Shown here: positions 1-14,909 of the stretch, piece after piece
How the letters are laid out: each line of letters starts with the position of its first letter
Numbering within the stretch: position 1 is the first letter of the stretch
NCBI GenBank assembly: GCA_964016885.1
Contig: OZ024742.1
Span: 4,092,001 to 4,156,000, forward strand
Reading direction: 5' to 3'
DNA length: 64,000 nucleotides
From: Eledone cirrhosa
Taxonomy: Eukaryota
Made by a program: the position numbers and the translations under genes
Notes under the pieces: generated by a model
Databases searched by the model: none
The model's input: only the letters and a program-made list of their open reading frames with translations
Told to the model about the DNA's origin: nothing

Positions 1-3000
1 CATAGCAATTAATACTCGAGATACATACCAGTGGTGGTAGACTAGTGTAGGACTGTCATAGCAATGGTCGAGATTCATACCAGTGGTGGTAGACCAGTGC
101 AGGTCTGTCATAGCAATGGTCGAGATACATACCAGTGGTGGTAGACTAGTGCAGGTCTGTCATAGCAATGGTCGAGATACATACCAGTGGTGGTAGACTA
201 GTGCAGGACTGTCATAGCAATGGTCGAGATACATACCAGTGGTGGTAGACTAGTGCAGGTCTGTCATAGCAATGGACGAGATACATACCAGTGGTGGTAG
301 ACTAGTGCAGGACTGTCATAGCAATGGTCGAGATACATACCAGTGGTGGTAGACTAGTGCAGGTCTGTCATAGCAATGGTCGAGATACATACCAGTGGTG
401 GTAGACTAGTGCAGGTCTGTCATAGCAATGGTCGAGATACATACCAGTGGTGGTAGACTAGTGCAGGTCTGTCATAGCAATGGTCGAGATACATACCAGT
501 GGTGGTAGACTAGTGCAGGTCTGTCATAGCAATGGTCGAGATACATACCAGTGGTGGTAGACTAGTGCAGGACTGTCATAGCAATGGTCGAGATTCATAC
601 CAGTGGTGGTAGACTAGTGCAGGTCTGTCATAGCAATGGTCGAGATACATACCAGTGGTGGTAGACTAGTGCAGGTCTGTCATAGCAATGGTCGAGATTC
701 ATACCAGTGGTGGTAGACTAGTGCAGGTCTGTCATAGCAATGGTCGAGATACATACCAGTGGTGGTAGACTAGTGCAGGACTGTCATAGCAATGAATACT
801 CGAGATACATACCAGTGGTGGTAGACTAGTGTAGGACTGTCATAGCAATGGTCGAGATTCATACCAGTGGTGGTAGACTAGTGCAGGTCTGTCATAGCAA
901 TGGTCGAGATACATACCAGTGGTGGTAGACTAGTGCAGGACTGTCATAGCAATGGTCGAGATTCATACCAGTGGTGGTAGACTAGTGCAGGACTGTCATA
1001 GCAATGGTCGAGATTCATACCAGTGGTGGTAGACTAGTGCAGGTCTGTCATAGCAATGGTCGAGATACATACCAGTGGTGGTAGACTAGTGCAGGACTGT
1101 CATAGCAATTAATGGTCGAGATACATACCAGTGGTGGTAGACTAGTGCAGGTCTGTCATAGCAATGGTCGAGATACATACCAGTGGTGGTAGACTAGTGC
1201 AGGTCTGTCATAGCAATGGTCGAGATTCATACCAGTGGTGGTAGACTAGTGCAGGTCTGTCATAGCAATGGTCGAGATACATACCAGTGGTGGTAGACTA
1301 GTGCAAGACTGTCATAGCAATGGTCGAGATACATACCAGTGGTGGTAGACCAGTGCAGGACTGTCATAGCAATTAATACTCGAGATACATACCAGTGGTG
1401 GTAGACTAGTGCAGGACTGTCATAGCAATGGTCGAGATACATACCAGTGGTGGTAGACTAGTGCAGGACTGTCATAGCAATTAATACTCGAGATACATAC
1501 CAGTGGTGGTAGACTAGTGTAGGACTGTCATAGCAATGGTCGAGATTCATACCAGTGGTGGTAGACTAGTGCAGGTCTGTCATAGCAATGGTCGAGATAC
1601 ATACCAGTGGTGGTAGACTAGTGCAGGACTGTCATAGCAATTAATGGTCGAGATACATACCAGTGGTGGTAGACTAGTGCAGGTCTGTCATAGCAATGGT
1701 CGAGATACATACCAGTGGTGGTAGACTAGTGCAGGACTGTCATAGCAATGGTCGAGATACATACCAGTGGTGGTAGACTAGTGCAGGACTGTCATAGCAA
1801 TGGTCGAGATACATACCAGTGGTGGTAGACTAGTGCAGGACTGTCATAGCAATGGTCGAGATACATACCAGTGGTGGTAGACTAGTGCAGGACTGTCATA
1901 GCAATGGTCGAGATACATACCAGTGGTGGTAGACTAGTGCAGGACTGTCATAGCAATGGTCGGGATACATACCAGTGGTGGTAGACTAGTGCAGGACTGT
2001 CATAGCAATGGTCGAGATACATACCAGTGGTGGTAGACTAGTGCAGGTCTGTCATAGCAATGGTCGAGATACATACCAGTGATGGTAGACTAGTGCAGGA
2101 CTGTCATAGCAATGGTCGAGATACATACCAGTGGTGGTAGACTAGTGCAGGACTGTCATAGCAATGGTCGAGATACATACCAGTGGTGGTAGACTAGTGC
2201 AGGTCTGTCATAGCAATGGTCGAGATACATACCAGTGGTGGTAGACTAGTGCAGGACTGTCATAGCAATGGTCGAGATACATACCAGTGGTGGTAGACTA
2301 GTGCAGGACTGTCATAGCAATGGTCGAGATACATACCAGTGGTGGTAGACTAGTGCAGGTCTGTCATAGCAATGGTCGAGATACATACCAGTGGTGGTAG
2401 ACTAGTGCAGGACTGTCATAGCAATTAATGGTCGAGATACATACCAGTGGTGGTAGACTAGTGCAGGACTGTCATAGCAATGGTCGAGATACATACCAGT
2501 GGTGGTAGACTAGTGCAGGACTGTCATAGCAATGGTCGAGATACATACCAGTGGTGGTAGACTAGTGCAGGACTGTCATAGCAATTAATGGTCGAGATAC
2601 ATACCAGTGGTGGTAGACTAGTGCAGGACTGTCATAGCAATGGTCGAGATACATACCAGTGGTGGTAGACTAGTGCAGGACTGTCATAGCAATTAATGGT
2701 CGAGATACATACCAGTGGTGGTAGACTAGTGCAGGACTGTCATAGCAATGGTCGAGATACATACCAGTGGTGGTAGACTAGTGCTGGACTGTCATAGCAA
2801 TTAATGGTAGATAGATACATACCAGTGGTGGTAGACTAGTGCAGGACTGTCATAGCAATTAATGGTAGATAGATACATACCAGTGGTGGTAGACTAGTGC
2901 TGGACTGTCATAGCAATTAATGGTAGATAGATACATACCAGTGGTGGTAGACTAGTGCAGGTCTGTCATAGCAATGGTCGAGATACATACCAGTGGTGGT

Positions 3001-6000
3001 AGACTAGTGCAGGACTGTCATAGCAATTAATGGTAGATAGATACATACCAGTGGTGGTAGACTAGTGCTGGACTGTCATAGCAATTAATGGTCGAGATAC
3101 ATACCAGTGGTGGTAGACTAGTGCAGGACTGTCATAGCAATTAATGGTAGATAGATACATACCAGTGGTGGTAGACTAGTGCTGGACTGTCATAGCAATT
3201 AATGGTAGATAGATACATACCAGTGGTGGTAGACTAGTGCAGGACTGTCATAGCAATTAATGGTAGATAGATACATACCAGTGGTGGTAGACCAGTGCAG
3301 GACTGTCATAGCAATGGTCGAGATACATACCAGTGGTGGTAGACTAGTGCAGGACTGTCATAGCAATGGTCGAGATACATACCAGTGGTGGTAGACTAGT
3401 GCTGGACTGTCATAGCAATGGTCGAGATACATACCAGTGGTGGTAGACTAGTGCAGGACTGTCATAGCAATTAATGGTAGATAGATACATACCAGTGGTG
3501 GTAGACCAGTGCAGGACTGTCATAGCAATGGTCGAGATACATACCAGTGGTGGTAGACCAGTGCTGGACTGTCATAGCAATTAATGGTAGATAGATACAT
3601 ACCAGTGGTGGTAGACTAGTGCAGGACTGTCATAGCAATGGTCGAGATACATACCAGTGGTGGTAGACCAGTGCTGGACTGTCATAGCAATGGTCGAGAT
3701 ACATACCAGTGGTGGTAGACTAGTGCAGGACTGTCATAGCAATGGTCGAGATACATACCAGTGGTGGTAGACTAGTGCAGGACTGTCATAGCAATTAATG
3801 GTAGATAGATACATACCAGTGGTGGTAGACCAGTGCAGGACTGTCATAGCAATTAATGGTCGAGATACATACCAGTGGTGGTAGACTAGTGCAGGACTGT
3901 CATAGCAATTAATGGTCGAGATACATACCAGTGGTGGTAGACTAGTGCAGGACTGTCATAGCAATGGTCGAGATACATACCAGTGGTGGTAGACTAGTGC
4001 AGGACTGTCATAGCAATTAATGGTAGATAGATACATACCAGTGGTGGTAGACCAGTGCAGGACTGTCATAGCAATCAATGGTCGAGATACATACCAGTGG
4101 TGGTAGACTAGTGCAGGACTGTCATAGCAATTAATGGTCGAGATACATACCAGTGGTGGTAGACTAGTGCAGGACTGTCATAGCAATGGTCGAGATACAT
4201 ACCAGTGGTGGTAGACTAGTGCTGGACTGTCATAGCAATGGTCGAGATACATACCAGTGGTGGTAGACTAGTGCTGGACTGTCATAGCAATGGTCGAGAT
4301 ACATACCAGTGGTGGTAGACTAGTGCTGGACTGTCATAGCAATGGTCGAGATACATACCAGTGGTGGTAGACTAGTGCTGGACTGTCATAGCAATGGTCG
4401 AGATACATGCCAGTGGTGGTAGACTAGTGCAGGACTGTCATAGCAATGGTCGAGATACATACCAGTGGTGGTAGACTAGTGCAGGACTGTCATAGCAATG
4501 GTCGAGATACATACCAGTGGTGGTAGACTAGTGCTGGACTGTCATAGCAATGGTCGAGATACATACCAGTGGTGGTAGACTGGTGCTGGACTGTCATAGC
4601 AATGGTCGAGATACATACCAGTGGTGGTAGACTGGTGCTGGACTGTCATAGCAATTAATGGTCGAGATACATACCAGTGGTGGTAGACTAGTGCTGGACT
4701 GTCATAGCAATTAATGGTCGAGATACATACCAGTGGTGGTAGACTAGTGCTGGACTGTCATAGCAATTAATGGTCGAGATACATACCAGTGGTGGTAGAC
4801 TAGTGCTGGACTGTCATAGCAATGGTCGAGATACATACCAGTGGTGGTAGACTAGTGCAGGACTGTCATAGCAATGGTCGAGATACATACCAGTGGTGGT
4901 AGACTGGTGCTGGACTGTCATAGCAATTAATCGTCGAGATACATACCAGTGGTGGTAGACTAATGCTGGACTGTCATAGCAATGGTCGAGATACATACCA
5001 GTGGTGGTAGACTAGTGCAGGACTGTCATAGCAATGGTCGAGATACATACCAGTGGTGGTAGACTGGTGCTGGACTGTCATAGCAATTAATGGTCGAGAT
5101 ACATACCAGTGGTGGTAGACTAGTGCTGGACTGTCATAGCAATGGTCGAGATACATACCAGTGGTGGTAGACTAGTGCAGGACTGTCATAGCAATTAATG
5201 GTCGAGATACATACCAGTGGTTTTAGACTAGTGCAGGACTGTCATAGCAATGGTCGAGATACATACCAGTGGTGGTAGACTGGTGCTGGACTGTCATAGC
5301 AATTAATGGTCGAGATACATACCAGTGGTGGTAGACTAGTGCTGGACTGTCATAGCAATTAATGGTCCAGATACATACCAGTGGTGGTAGACTAGTGCTG
5401 GACTGTCATAGCAATTAATGGTCGAGATACATACCAGTGGTGGTAGACTAGTGCTGGACTGTCATAGCAATTAATGGTCGAGATACATACCAGTGGTGGT
5501 AGACTAGTGCTGGACTGTCATAGCAATTAATGGTCGAGATACATACCAGTGGTGGTAGACTAGTGCTGGACTGTCATAGCAATTAATGGTCGAGATACAT
5601 ACCAGTGGTGGTAGACTAGTGCTGGACTGTCATAGCAATTAATGGTCGAGATACATACCAGTGGTGGTAGACTGGTGCTGGACTGTCATAGCAATGGTCG
5701 AGATACATACCATTGGTGGTAGATTAGTGCAGGACTGTCATAGCAATTGTCGAGATACATACCAGTGGTGGTAGACTAGTGAAGGACTGTCATAGCAATG
5801 GTCGAGATACATACCAGTGGTGGTAGACTAGTGCTGGACTGTCATAGCAATGGTCGAGATACATACCAGTGGTGGTAGACTAGTGAAGGACTGTCATAGC
5901 AATGGTCGAGATACATACCAGTGGTGGTAGACTAGTGCAGGACTGTCATAGCAATGGTCGAGATACATACCAGTGGTGGTAGACTAGTGCTGGACTGTCA

Positions 6001-9000
6001 TAGCAATTAATGGTCGAGATACATACCAGTGGTGGTAGACTAGTGCTGGACTGTCATAGCAATTAATGGTCGAGATACATACCAGTGGTGGTAGATTAGT
6101 GCAGGACTGTCATAGCAATTGTCGAGATACATACCAGTGGTGGTAGACTAGTGCTGGACTGTCATAGCAATTAATGGTCGAGATACATACCAGTGGTGGT
6201 AGACTAGTGCTGGACTGTCATAGCAATTAATGGTCGAGATACATACCAGTGGTGGTAGATTAGTGCAGGACTGTCATAGCAATTGTCGAGATACATACCA
6301 GTGGTGGTAGACTAGTGCTGGACTGTCATAGCAATTAATGGTCGAGATACATTCCAGTGGTGGTAGACTAGTGCTGGACTGTCATAGCAATTAATGGTCG
6401 AGATACATACCAGTGGTGGTAGACTAGTGCTGGACTGTCATAGCAATGGTCGAGATACATACCAGTGGTGGTAGACTAGTGCAGGACTGTCATAGCAATG
6501 GTCGAGATACATACCAGTGGTGGTAGACTAGTGCAGGACTGTCATAGCAATTAATGGTCGAGATACATACCAGTGGTGGTAGATTAGTGCAGGACTGTCA
6601 TAGCAATGGTCGAGATACATACCATTGGTGGTAGACTAGTGAAGATCTGTCATAACAATGGTCGAGATACATACCAGTGGTGGTAGACTAGTGCAGGACT
6701 GTCATAGCAATTAATACTCGAGATACATACCAGTGGTGGTAGACTAGTGCAGGACTGTCATAGCAATTAATACTCGAGATACATACCAGTGGTGGTAGAC
6801 TAGTGCAGGACTGTCATAGCAATTAATGGTCGAGATACATACCAGTGGTGGTAGATTAGTGCAGGACTGTCATAGCAATGGTCGAGATACATACCATTGG
6901 TGGTAGACTAGTGAAGGACTGTCATAACAATGGTCGAGATACATACCAGTGGTGGTAGACTAGTGCAGGCCTGTCATAGCAATGGTCGAGATACATACCA
7001 TTGGTGGTAGACTAGTGCAGGAATGTCATAGCAATGGTCGAGATACATACCAGTGGTGGTAGACTAGTGCAGGACTGTCATAGCAATGGTCGAGATACAT
7101 ACCAGTGGTGGTAGACTAGTGCAGGACTGTCATAGCAATGGTCGAGATACATACCAGTGGTGGTAGACTAGTGCAGGACTGTCATAGCAATTAATACTCG
7201 AGATACATACCAGTGGTGGTAGACTAGTGCAGGACTGTCATAGCAATTAATACTCGAGATACATACCAGTGGTGGTAGACTAGTGCAGGCCTGTCATAGC
7301 AATGGTCGAGATACATACCATTGGTGGTAGACTAGTGCAGGACTGTCATAGCAATGGTCGAGATACATACCAGTGGTGGTAGACTAGTGCAGGCCTGTCA
7401 TAGCAATGGTCGAGATACATACCAGTGGTGGTAGACTAGTGCAGGACTGTCATAGCAATGGTCGAGATACATACCAGTGGTGGTAGACTAGTGCAGGACT
7501 GTCATAGCAATTAATACTCGAGATACATACCAGTGGTGGTAGACTAGTGCAGGACTGTCATAGCAATGGTCGAGATACATACCAGTGGTGGTAGACTAGT
7601 GCAGGACTGTCATAGCAATTAATACTCGAGATACATACCAGTGGTGGTAGACTGGTGCAGGACTGTCATAGCAATGGTCGAGATACATACCAGTGGTGCT
7701 AGACTAATGCTGGACTGTCATAGCAATGGTCGAGATACATACCAGTGGTGGTAGACCAGTGCAGGACTGTCATAGCAATGGTCGAGATACATACCAGTGG
7801 TGGTAGACTAGTGCAGGACTGTCATAGCAATGGTCGAGATACATACCAGTGGTGGTAGACCAGTGCAGGACTGTCGTAGCAATACTCGAGATACATACCA
7901 GTGGTGGTAGACTAGTGCTGGACTGTCATAGCAATGGTCGAGATACATACCAGTGGTGGTAGACTAGTGCAGGACTGTCATAGCAATGGTCGAGATACAT
8001 ACCAGTGGTGGTAGACTAGTGCAGGACTGTCATAGCAATGGTCGAGATACATACCAGTGGTGGTAGACCAGTGCAGGACTGTCATAGCAATGGTCGAGAT
8101 ACATACCAGTGGTGGTAGACTAGTGCAGGACTGTCATAGCAATGGTCGAGATACATACCAGTGGTGGTAGACCAGTGCAGGACTGTCATAGCAATGGTCG
8201 AGATACATACCAGTGGTGGTAGACTAGTGCAGGACTGTCATAGCAATGGTCGAGATACATACCAGTGGTGGTAGACTAGTGCAGGACTGTCATAGCAATG
8301 GTCGAGATACATACCAGTGGTGGTAGACCAGTGCAGGACTGTCGTAGCAATACTCGAGATACATACTAGTGGTGGTAGACTAGTGCAGGACTGTCATAGC
8401 AATGGTCGAGATACATACCAGTGGTGGTAGACCAGTGCAGGACTGTCATAGCAATGGTCGAGATACATACCAGTGGTGGTAGACTAGTGCAGGCCTGTCA
8501 TAGCAATGGTCGAGATACATACCAGTGGTGGTAGACCAGTGCAGGACTGTCATAGCAATGGTCGAGATACATACCAGTGGTGGTAGACCAGTGCAGGACT
8601 GTCATAGCAATGGTCGAGATACATACCAGTGGTGGTAGACTAGTGCAGGACTGTCATAGCAATTAATGGTCGAGATACATACCAGTGGTGGTAGACTAGT
8701 GCAGGACTGTCATAGCAATTAATGGTCGAGATACATACCAGTGGTGGTAGACTAGTGCTGGACTGTCATAGCAATGGTCGAGATACATACCAGTGGTGGT
8801 AGACCAGTGCAGGACTGTCGTAGCAATACTCGAGATACATACCAGTGGTGGTAGACTAGTGCTGGACTGTCATAGCAATGGTCGAGATACATACCATTGG
8901 TGGTAGACTAGTGCAGGACTGTCATAGCAATGGTCGAGATACATACCAGTGGTGGTAGACTAGTGCTGGACTGTCATAGCAATGGTCGAGATACATACCA

Positions 9001-12000
9001 GTGGTGGTAGACTAGTGCAGGACTGTCATAGTAATGGTCGAGATACATACCAGTGGTGGTAGACTAGTGCTGGACTGTCATAGCAATGGTCGAGATACAT
9101 ACCAGTGGAGGTAGACTAGTGCAGGACTGTCATAGTAATGGTCGAGATACATACCAGTGGTGGTAGACTAGTGCTGGACTGTCATAGCAATGGTCGAGAT
9201 ACATACCAGTGGTGGTAGACTAGTGCAGGACTGTCATAGTAATGGTCGAGATACATACCAGTGGTGGTAGACTAGTGCTGGACTGTCATAGTAATGGTCG
9301 AGATACATACCAGTGGTGGTAGACTAGTGCTGGACTGTCATAGCAATGGTCGAGATACATACCAGTGGTGGTAGACTGGTGCTGGACTGTCATAGCAATG
9401 GTCGAGATACATACCAGTGGTGGTAGACTAGTGCAGGACTGTCGTAGCAATGGTCGAGATACATACCAGTGGTGGTAGACTAGTGCAGGACTGTCGTAGC
9501 AATGGTCGAGATACATACCAGTGGTGGTAGACTAGTGCTGGACTGTCATAGCAATGGTCGAGATACATACCAGTGGTGGTAGACTAGTGCAGGACTGTCA
9601 TAGTAATGGTCGAGATACATACCAGTGGTGGTAGACTGGTGCTGGACTGTCATAGCAATGGTCGAGATACATACCAGTGGTGGTAGACCAGTGCAGGACT
9701 GTCATAGCAATTAATGGTCGAGATACATACCAGTGGTGGTAGACTAGTGCTGGACTCTCATAGCAATGGTCGAGATACATACCAGTGGTGGTAGACTAGT
9801 GCAGGACTGTCATAGCAATGGTCGAGATACATACCAGTGGTGGTAGACCAGTGCAGGACTGTCATAGCAATTAATGGTCGAGATACATACCAGTGGTGGT
9901 AGACCAGTGCAGGACTGTCATAGCAATTAATGGTCGAGATACATACCAGTGGTGGTAGACTAGTGCAGGACTGTCGTAGCAATGGTCGAGATACATACCA
10001 GTGGTGGTAGACTAGTGCAGGACTGTCATAGCAATTAATGGTCGAGATACATACCAGTGGTGGTAGACTAGTGCAGGACTGTCATAGCAATTAATGGTCG
10101 AGATACATACCAGTGGTGGTAGACTAGTGCAGGACTGTCATAGCAATGGTCGAGATACATACCAGTGGTGGTAGACCAGTGCAGGACTGTCGTAGCAATA
10201 CTCGAGATACATACCAGTGGTGGTAGACTAGTGCTGGACTGTCATAGCAATGGTCGAGATACATACCAGTGGTGGTAGACTAGTGCAGGACTGTCATAGC
10301 AATGGTCGAGATACATACCAGTGGTGGTAGACTAGTGCAGGACTGTCATAGCAATGGTCGAGATACATACCAGTGGTGGTAGACCAGTGCAGGACTGTCA
10401 TAGCAATGGTCGAGATACATACCAGTGGTGGTAGACTAGTGCAGGACTGTCATAGCAATGGTCGAGATACATACCAGTGGTGGTAGACCAGTGCAGGACT
10501 GTCATAGCAATGGTCGAGATACATACCAGTGGTGGTAGACTAGTGCAGGACTGTCATAGCAATGGTCGAGATACATACCAGTGGTGGTAGACTAGTGCAG
10601 GACTGTCATAGCAATGGTCGAGATACATACCAGTGGTGGTAGACCAGTGCAGGACTGTCGTAGCAATACTCGAGATACATACTAGTGGTGGTAGACTAGT
10701 GCAGGACTGTCATAGCAATGGTCGAGATACATACCAGTGGTGGTAGACCAGTGCAGGACTGTCATAGCAATGGTCGAGATACATACCAGTGGTGGTAGAC
10801 TAGTGCAGGCCTGTCATAGCAATGGTCGAGATACATACCAGTGGTGGTAGACCAGTGCAGGACTGTCATAGCAATGGTCGAGATACATACCAGTGGTGGT
10901 AGACCAGTGCAGGACTGTCATAGCAATGGTCGAGATACATACCAGTGGTGGTAGACTAGTGCAGGACTGTCATAGCAATTAATGGTCGAGATACATACCA
11001 GTGGTGGTAGACTAGTGCAGGACTGTCATAGCAATTAATGGTCGAGATACATACCAGTGGTGGTAGACTAGTGCTGGACTGTCATAGCAATGGTCGAGAT
11101 ACATACCAGTGGTGGTAGACCAGTGCAGGACTGTCGTAGCAATACTCGAGATACATACCAGTGGTGGTAGACTAGTGCTGGACTGTCATAGCAATGGTCG
11201 AGATACATACCATTGGTGGTAGACTAGTGCAGGACTGTCATAGCAATGGTCGAGATACATACCAGTGGTGGTAGACTAGTGCTGGACTGTCATAGCAATG
11301 GTCGAGATACATACCAGTGGTGGTAGACTAGTGCAGGACTGTCATAGTAATGGTCGAGATACATACCAGTGGTGGTAGACTAGTGCTGGACTGTCATAGC
11401 AATGGTCGAGATACATACCAGTGGAGGTAGACTAGTGCAGGACTGTCATAGTAATGGTCGAGATACATACCAGTGGTGGTAGACTAGTGCTGGACTGTCA
11501 TAGCAATGGTCGAGATACATACCAGTGGTGGTAGACTAGTGCAGGACTGTCATAGTAATGGTCGAGATACATACCAGTGGTGGTAGACTAGTGCTGGACT
11601 GTCATAGTAATGGTCGAGATACATACCAGTGGTGGTAGACTAGTGCTGGACTGTCATAGCAATGGTCGAGATACATACCAGTGGTGGTAGACTGGTGCTG
11701 GACTGTCATAGCAATGGTCGAGATACATACCAGTGGTGGTAGACTAGTGCAGGACTGTCGTAGCAATGGTCGAGATACATACCAGTGGTGGTAGACTAGT
11801 GCAGGACTGTCGTAGCAATGGTCGAGATACATACCAGTGGTGGTAGACTAGTGCTGGACTGTCATAGCAATGGTCGAGATACATACCAGTGGTGGTAGAC
11901 TAGTGCAGGACTGTCATAGTAATGGTCGAGATACATACCAGTGGTGGTAGACTGGTGCTGGACTGTCATAGCAATGGTCGAGATACATACCAGTGGTGGT

Positions 12001-13401
12001 AGACCAGTGCAGGACTGTCATAGCAATTAATGGTCGAGATACATACCAGTGGTGGTAGACTAGTGCTGGACTCTCATAGCAATGGTCGAGATACATACCA
12101 GTGGTGGTAGACTAGTGCAGGACTGTCATAGCAATGGTCGAGATACATACCAGTGGTGGTAGACCAGTGCAGGACTGTCATAGCAATTAATGGTCGAGAT
12201 ACATACCAGTGGTGGTAGACCAGTGCAGGACTGTCATAGCAATTAATGGTCGAGATACATACCAGTGGTGGTAGACTAGTGCAGGACTGTCGTAGCAATG
12301 GTCGAGATACATACCAGTGGTGGTAGACTAGTGCAGGACTGTCATAGCAATTAATGGTCGAGATACATACCAGTGGTGGTAGACTAGTGCAGGACTGTCA
12401 TAGCAATTAATGGTCGAGATACATACCAGTGGTGGTAGACTAGTGCAGGACTGTCATAGCAATTAATACTCGAGATACATACCAGTGGTGGTAGACTAGT
12501 GCAGGACTGTCATAGCAATGGTCGAGATACATACCAGTGGTGGTAGACCAGTGCAGGACTGTCATAGCAATTAATGGTCGAGATACATGCCAGTGGTGGT
12601 AGACTAGTGCAGGACTGTCATAGCAATTAATACTCGAGATACATACCAGTGGTGGTAGACTAGTGCAGGACTGTCATAGCAATGGTCGAGATACATACCA
12701 GTGGTGGTAGACCAGTGCAGGACTGTCATAGCAATTAATGGTCGAGATACATACCAGTGGTGGTAGACCAGTGCAGGACTGTCATAGCAATTAATGGTCG
12801 AGATACATACCAGTGGTGGTAGACTAGTGCAGGACTGTCGTAGCAATTAATGGTCGAGATACATACCAGTGGTGGTAGACTAGTGCAGGACTGTCATAGC
12901 AATTAATGGTCGAGATACATACCAGTGGTGGCAGACTAGTGCAGGACTGTCATAGCAATGGTCGAGATACATACCAGTGGTGGTAGACCAGTGCAGGACT
13001 GTCATAGCAATTAATGGTCGAGATACATACCAGTGGTGGTAGACTAGTGCAGGACTGTCATAGCAATTAATGGTCGAGATACATACCAGTGGTGGTAGAC
13101 TAGTGCAGGACTGTCATAGCAATGGTCGAGATACATACCAGTGGTGGTAGACCAGTGCAGGACTGTCATAGCAATTAATGGTCGAGATACATACCAGTGG
13201 TGGTAGACTAGTGCTGGACTGTCATAGCAATGGTCGAGATACATACCAGTGATTGTAGACTAGTGCCGGTCTCTCATAGCAATTATTGTTCGAGATACAT
13301 ACCAGTGGTTATAGACTAGTGCAGGACTGTCATAGCAATTAATGGTCGAGATACATACCAGTAGTTGTAGACTAGTGCAGGACTGTCACACATACCAGTG
13401 G
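1..13401. repeat. Tandem satellite, 52-bp monomer with 56- and 58-bp variants (about 250 units; continues beyond the window start)
   Basis: Consensus CATAGCAATGGTCGAGATACATACCAGTGGTGGTAGACTAGTGCAGGACTGT. The 56-bp variant has a 4-bp insertion (CAATTAATGG) and the 58-bp variant has GGTAGATAGATAC. The last monomers (13250-13401) are degenerate. Confidence 0.98.
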
Positions 13402-14119
13402 ACATGGATAGCTGAGGTCTTATAGGTTTTTCACCTTGTAAGGCCTATGGGACCCAGGACATGGCGCGGAGGAAAACCATTAAACCAAAAACGCGGAAGC
13501 AGTAGAGAGGAAATCTTAATAATATTTCTTGCTGAAAAGAACTTACCAGATCATTAGAATGCAACTTGTTGAGGTGTTGAGGTTTGATCACCATTGATCA
13601 AATCACATAGATGAGTGTGTATGTTGTATATCACACAGTAATACCAAGATACAACACACATGATATCTTCAGTTATTTGTATATCATAATATCATAGATA
13701 TATAAATAACCACTTGGGGTTATTTATCAAGCTTTAACCACGTACATTTAGGAATATCTTATGAAGCTCATGATTACGATTTATTTTTAAAATCTGTTGA
13801 TTTATTTATATAATGAAATTAATCAGAGATAGTTGTTCGATAATTACATAAACTCATCATATTTAATTATGTATGAAGTGATCTCAAATTATTTTCTAAT
13901 CATCTTGCATAAGATTTAAATCTTCAAAGATCTTCAAACGCTAAACATGTTTGCTGCCTTGTTAATGATAATATATAAATTGTTGCTAGTTTTATTGATT
14001 TTTTCTTATTTTTATGTTTAATATTTTGTTGTGTTTTCAATATATTATTTTCATGTCATTATATACCACTGCAACATATGTGGACGGTGTATTTGACAAT
14101 TTAATCCTTCCGAAATAAT

Positions 14120-14305
14120 TGTTTCTACTATTGGCACAAGGCCAGAAATTACCCAGTACATTACTGGTACTTTATTTTATCGACCCCGTAAGGATGAAAG
14201 GCAAAGTCAACCTCGGCGGGATTTGAACTCAGATCGTAAAGGGACGTAACTATGCTGGAAAGCATGGCGTACGACCCTCTACCGATACTGCCAATCCACC
14301 GCCCT
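14120..14305 (-). mobile_element. tRNA-derived SINE, family A (Deu/Nin-like central domain)
   Basis: Minus strand has B-box GAGTTCAAATCC and GGGGTCGATAAAATAAAGTACCAG. Target-site duplication CGAAATAAT at 14111-14119 and 14306-14314. Further copies in the window. Confidence 0.85.
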
Positions 14306-14499
14306 CGAAATAATACTGGAATTAAAGTCAGCAAAATTAGCCATTAATTTCTGTATTTCAGTACGCAGATACCAACGGCCATTATAGACATGGACACTCT
14401 GCCACCAACTGTGCAACTCACCCTCATGCCGGACTATTTAGATCCCTAATTGCCTGGCCCTAATCATCCTCATAAACTTTGCATTTTTTCAACTTTCAA

Positions 14500-14762
14500 T
14501 CCCCTCTCCCTCTCTCTCTCTCTCTCTATCTATCTATCTATATAACACTCTCTCCCTCTCCCTCTACCTCCCTCTCTCTCTATCTATCTCTCACTCTCTC
14601 TCCCCCTCTCTCTACCTCCCTCCTCTATCTCTCCCTCTCTCTCTACCTCCCTCTCTTTCTCTCTCTACCCCCCTCTCTCTCACTTTCTCACACACTCTCT
14701 TCCTCTATCTCTCCCTTCTGTCCCTCCCCTCCCCCTCTGTCTTTCACTCTCCTCCTCCCGCC

Positions 14763-14805
<43 letters not shown>
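14500..14805. repeat. CT-rich polypyrimidine microsatellite
   Basis: (CT)n and CCCT mosaic. Confidence 0.95.
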
Positions 14806-14807
<2 letters not shown>

Positions 14808-14909
14808 CTGATAAGAGATTTATGCCCGATACGTTGAGACATTCATTTTCAGCCTGAAATAAGATTTTATGTAATTGTTCTCTTTATATGTCTCTCTTTA
14901 ATTTTGATC

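Noticed and set aside
1-13401. CRISPR-like array, or coding repeats MYLDHCYDSPALVYHHW
   Set aside because: Head-to-tail monomers have no unique spacers and there are no cas genes. The main 52-bp unit is not a multiple of three.
13540-13600. Possible minus-strand exon (MVIKPQHLNKLHSNDL followed by GTAAGT)
   Set aside because: A lone splice-donor match with no recognisable protein similarity or partner exon.
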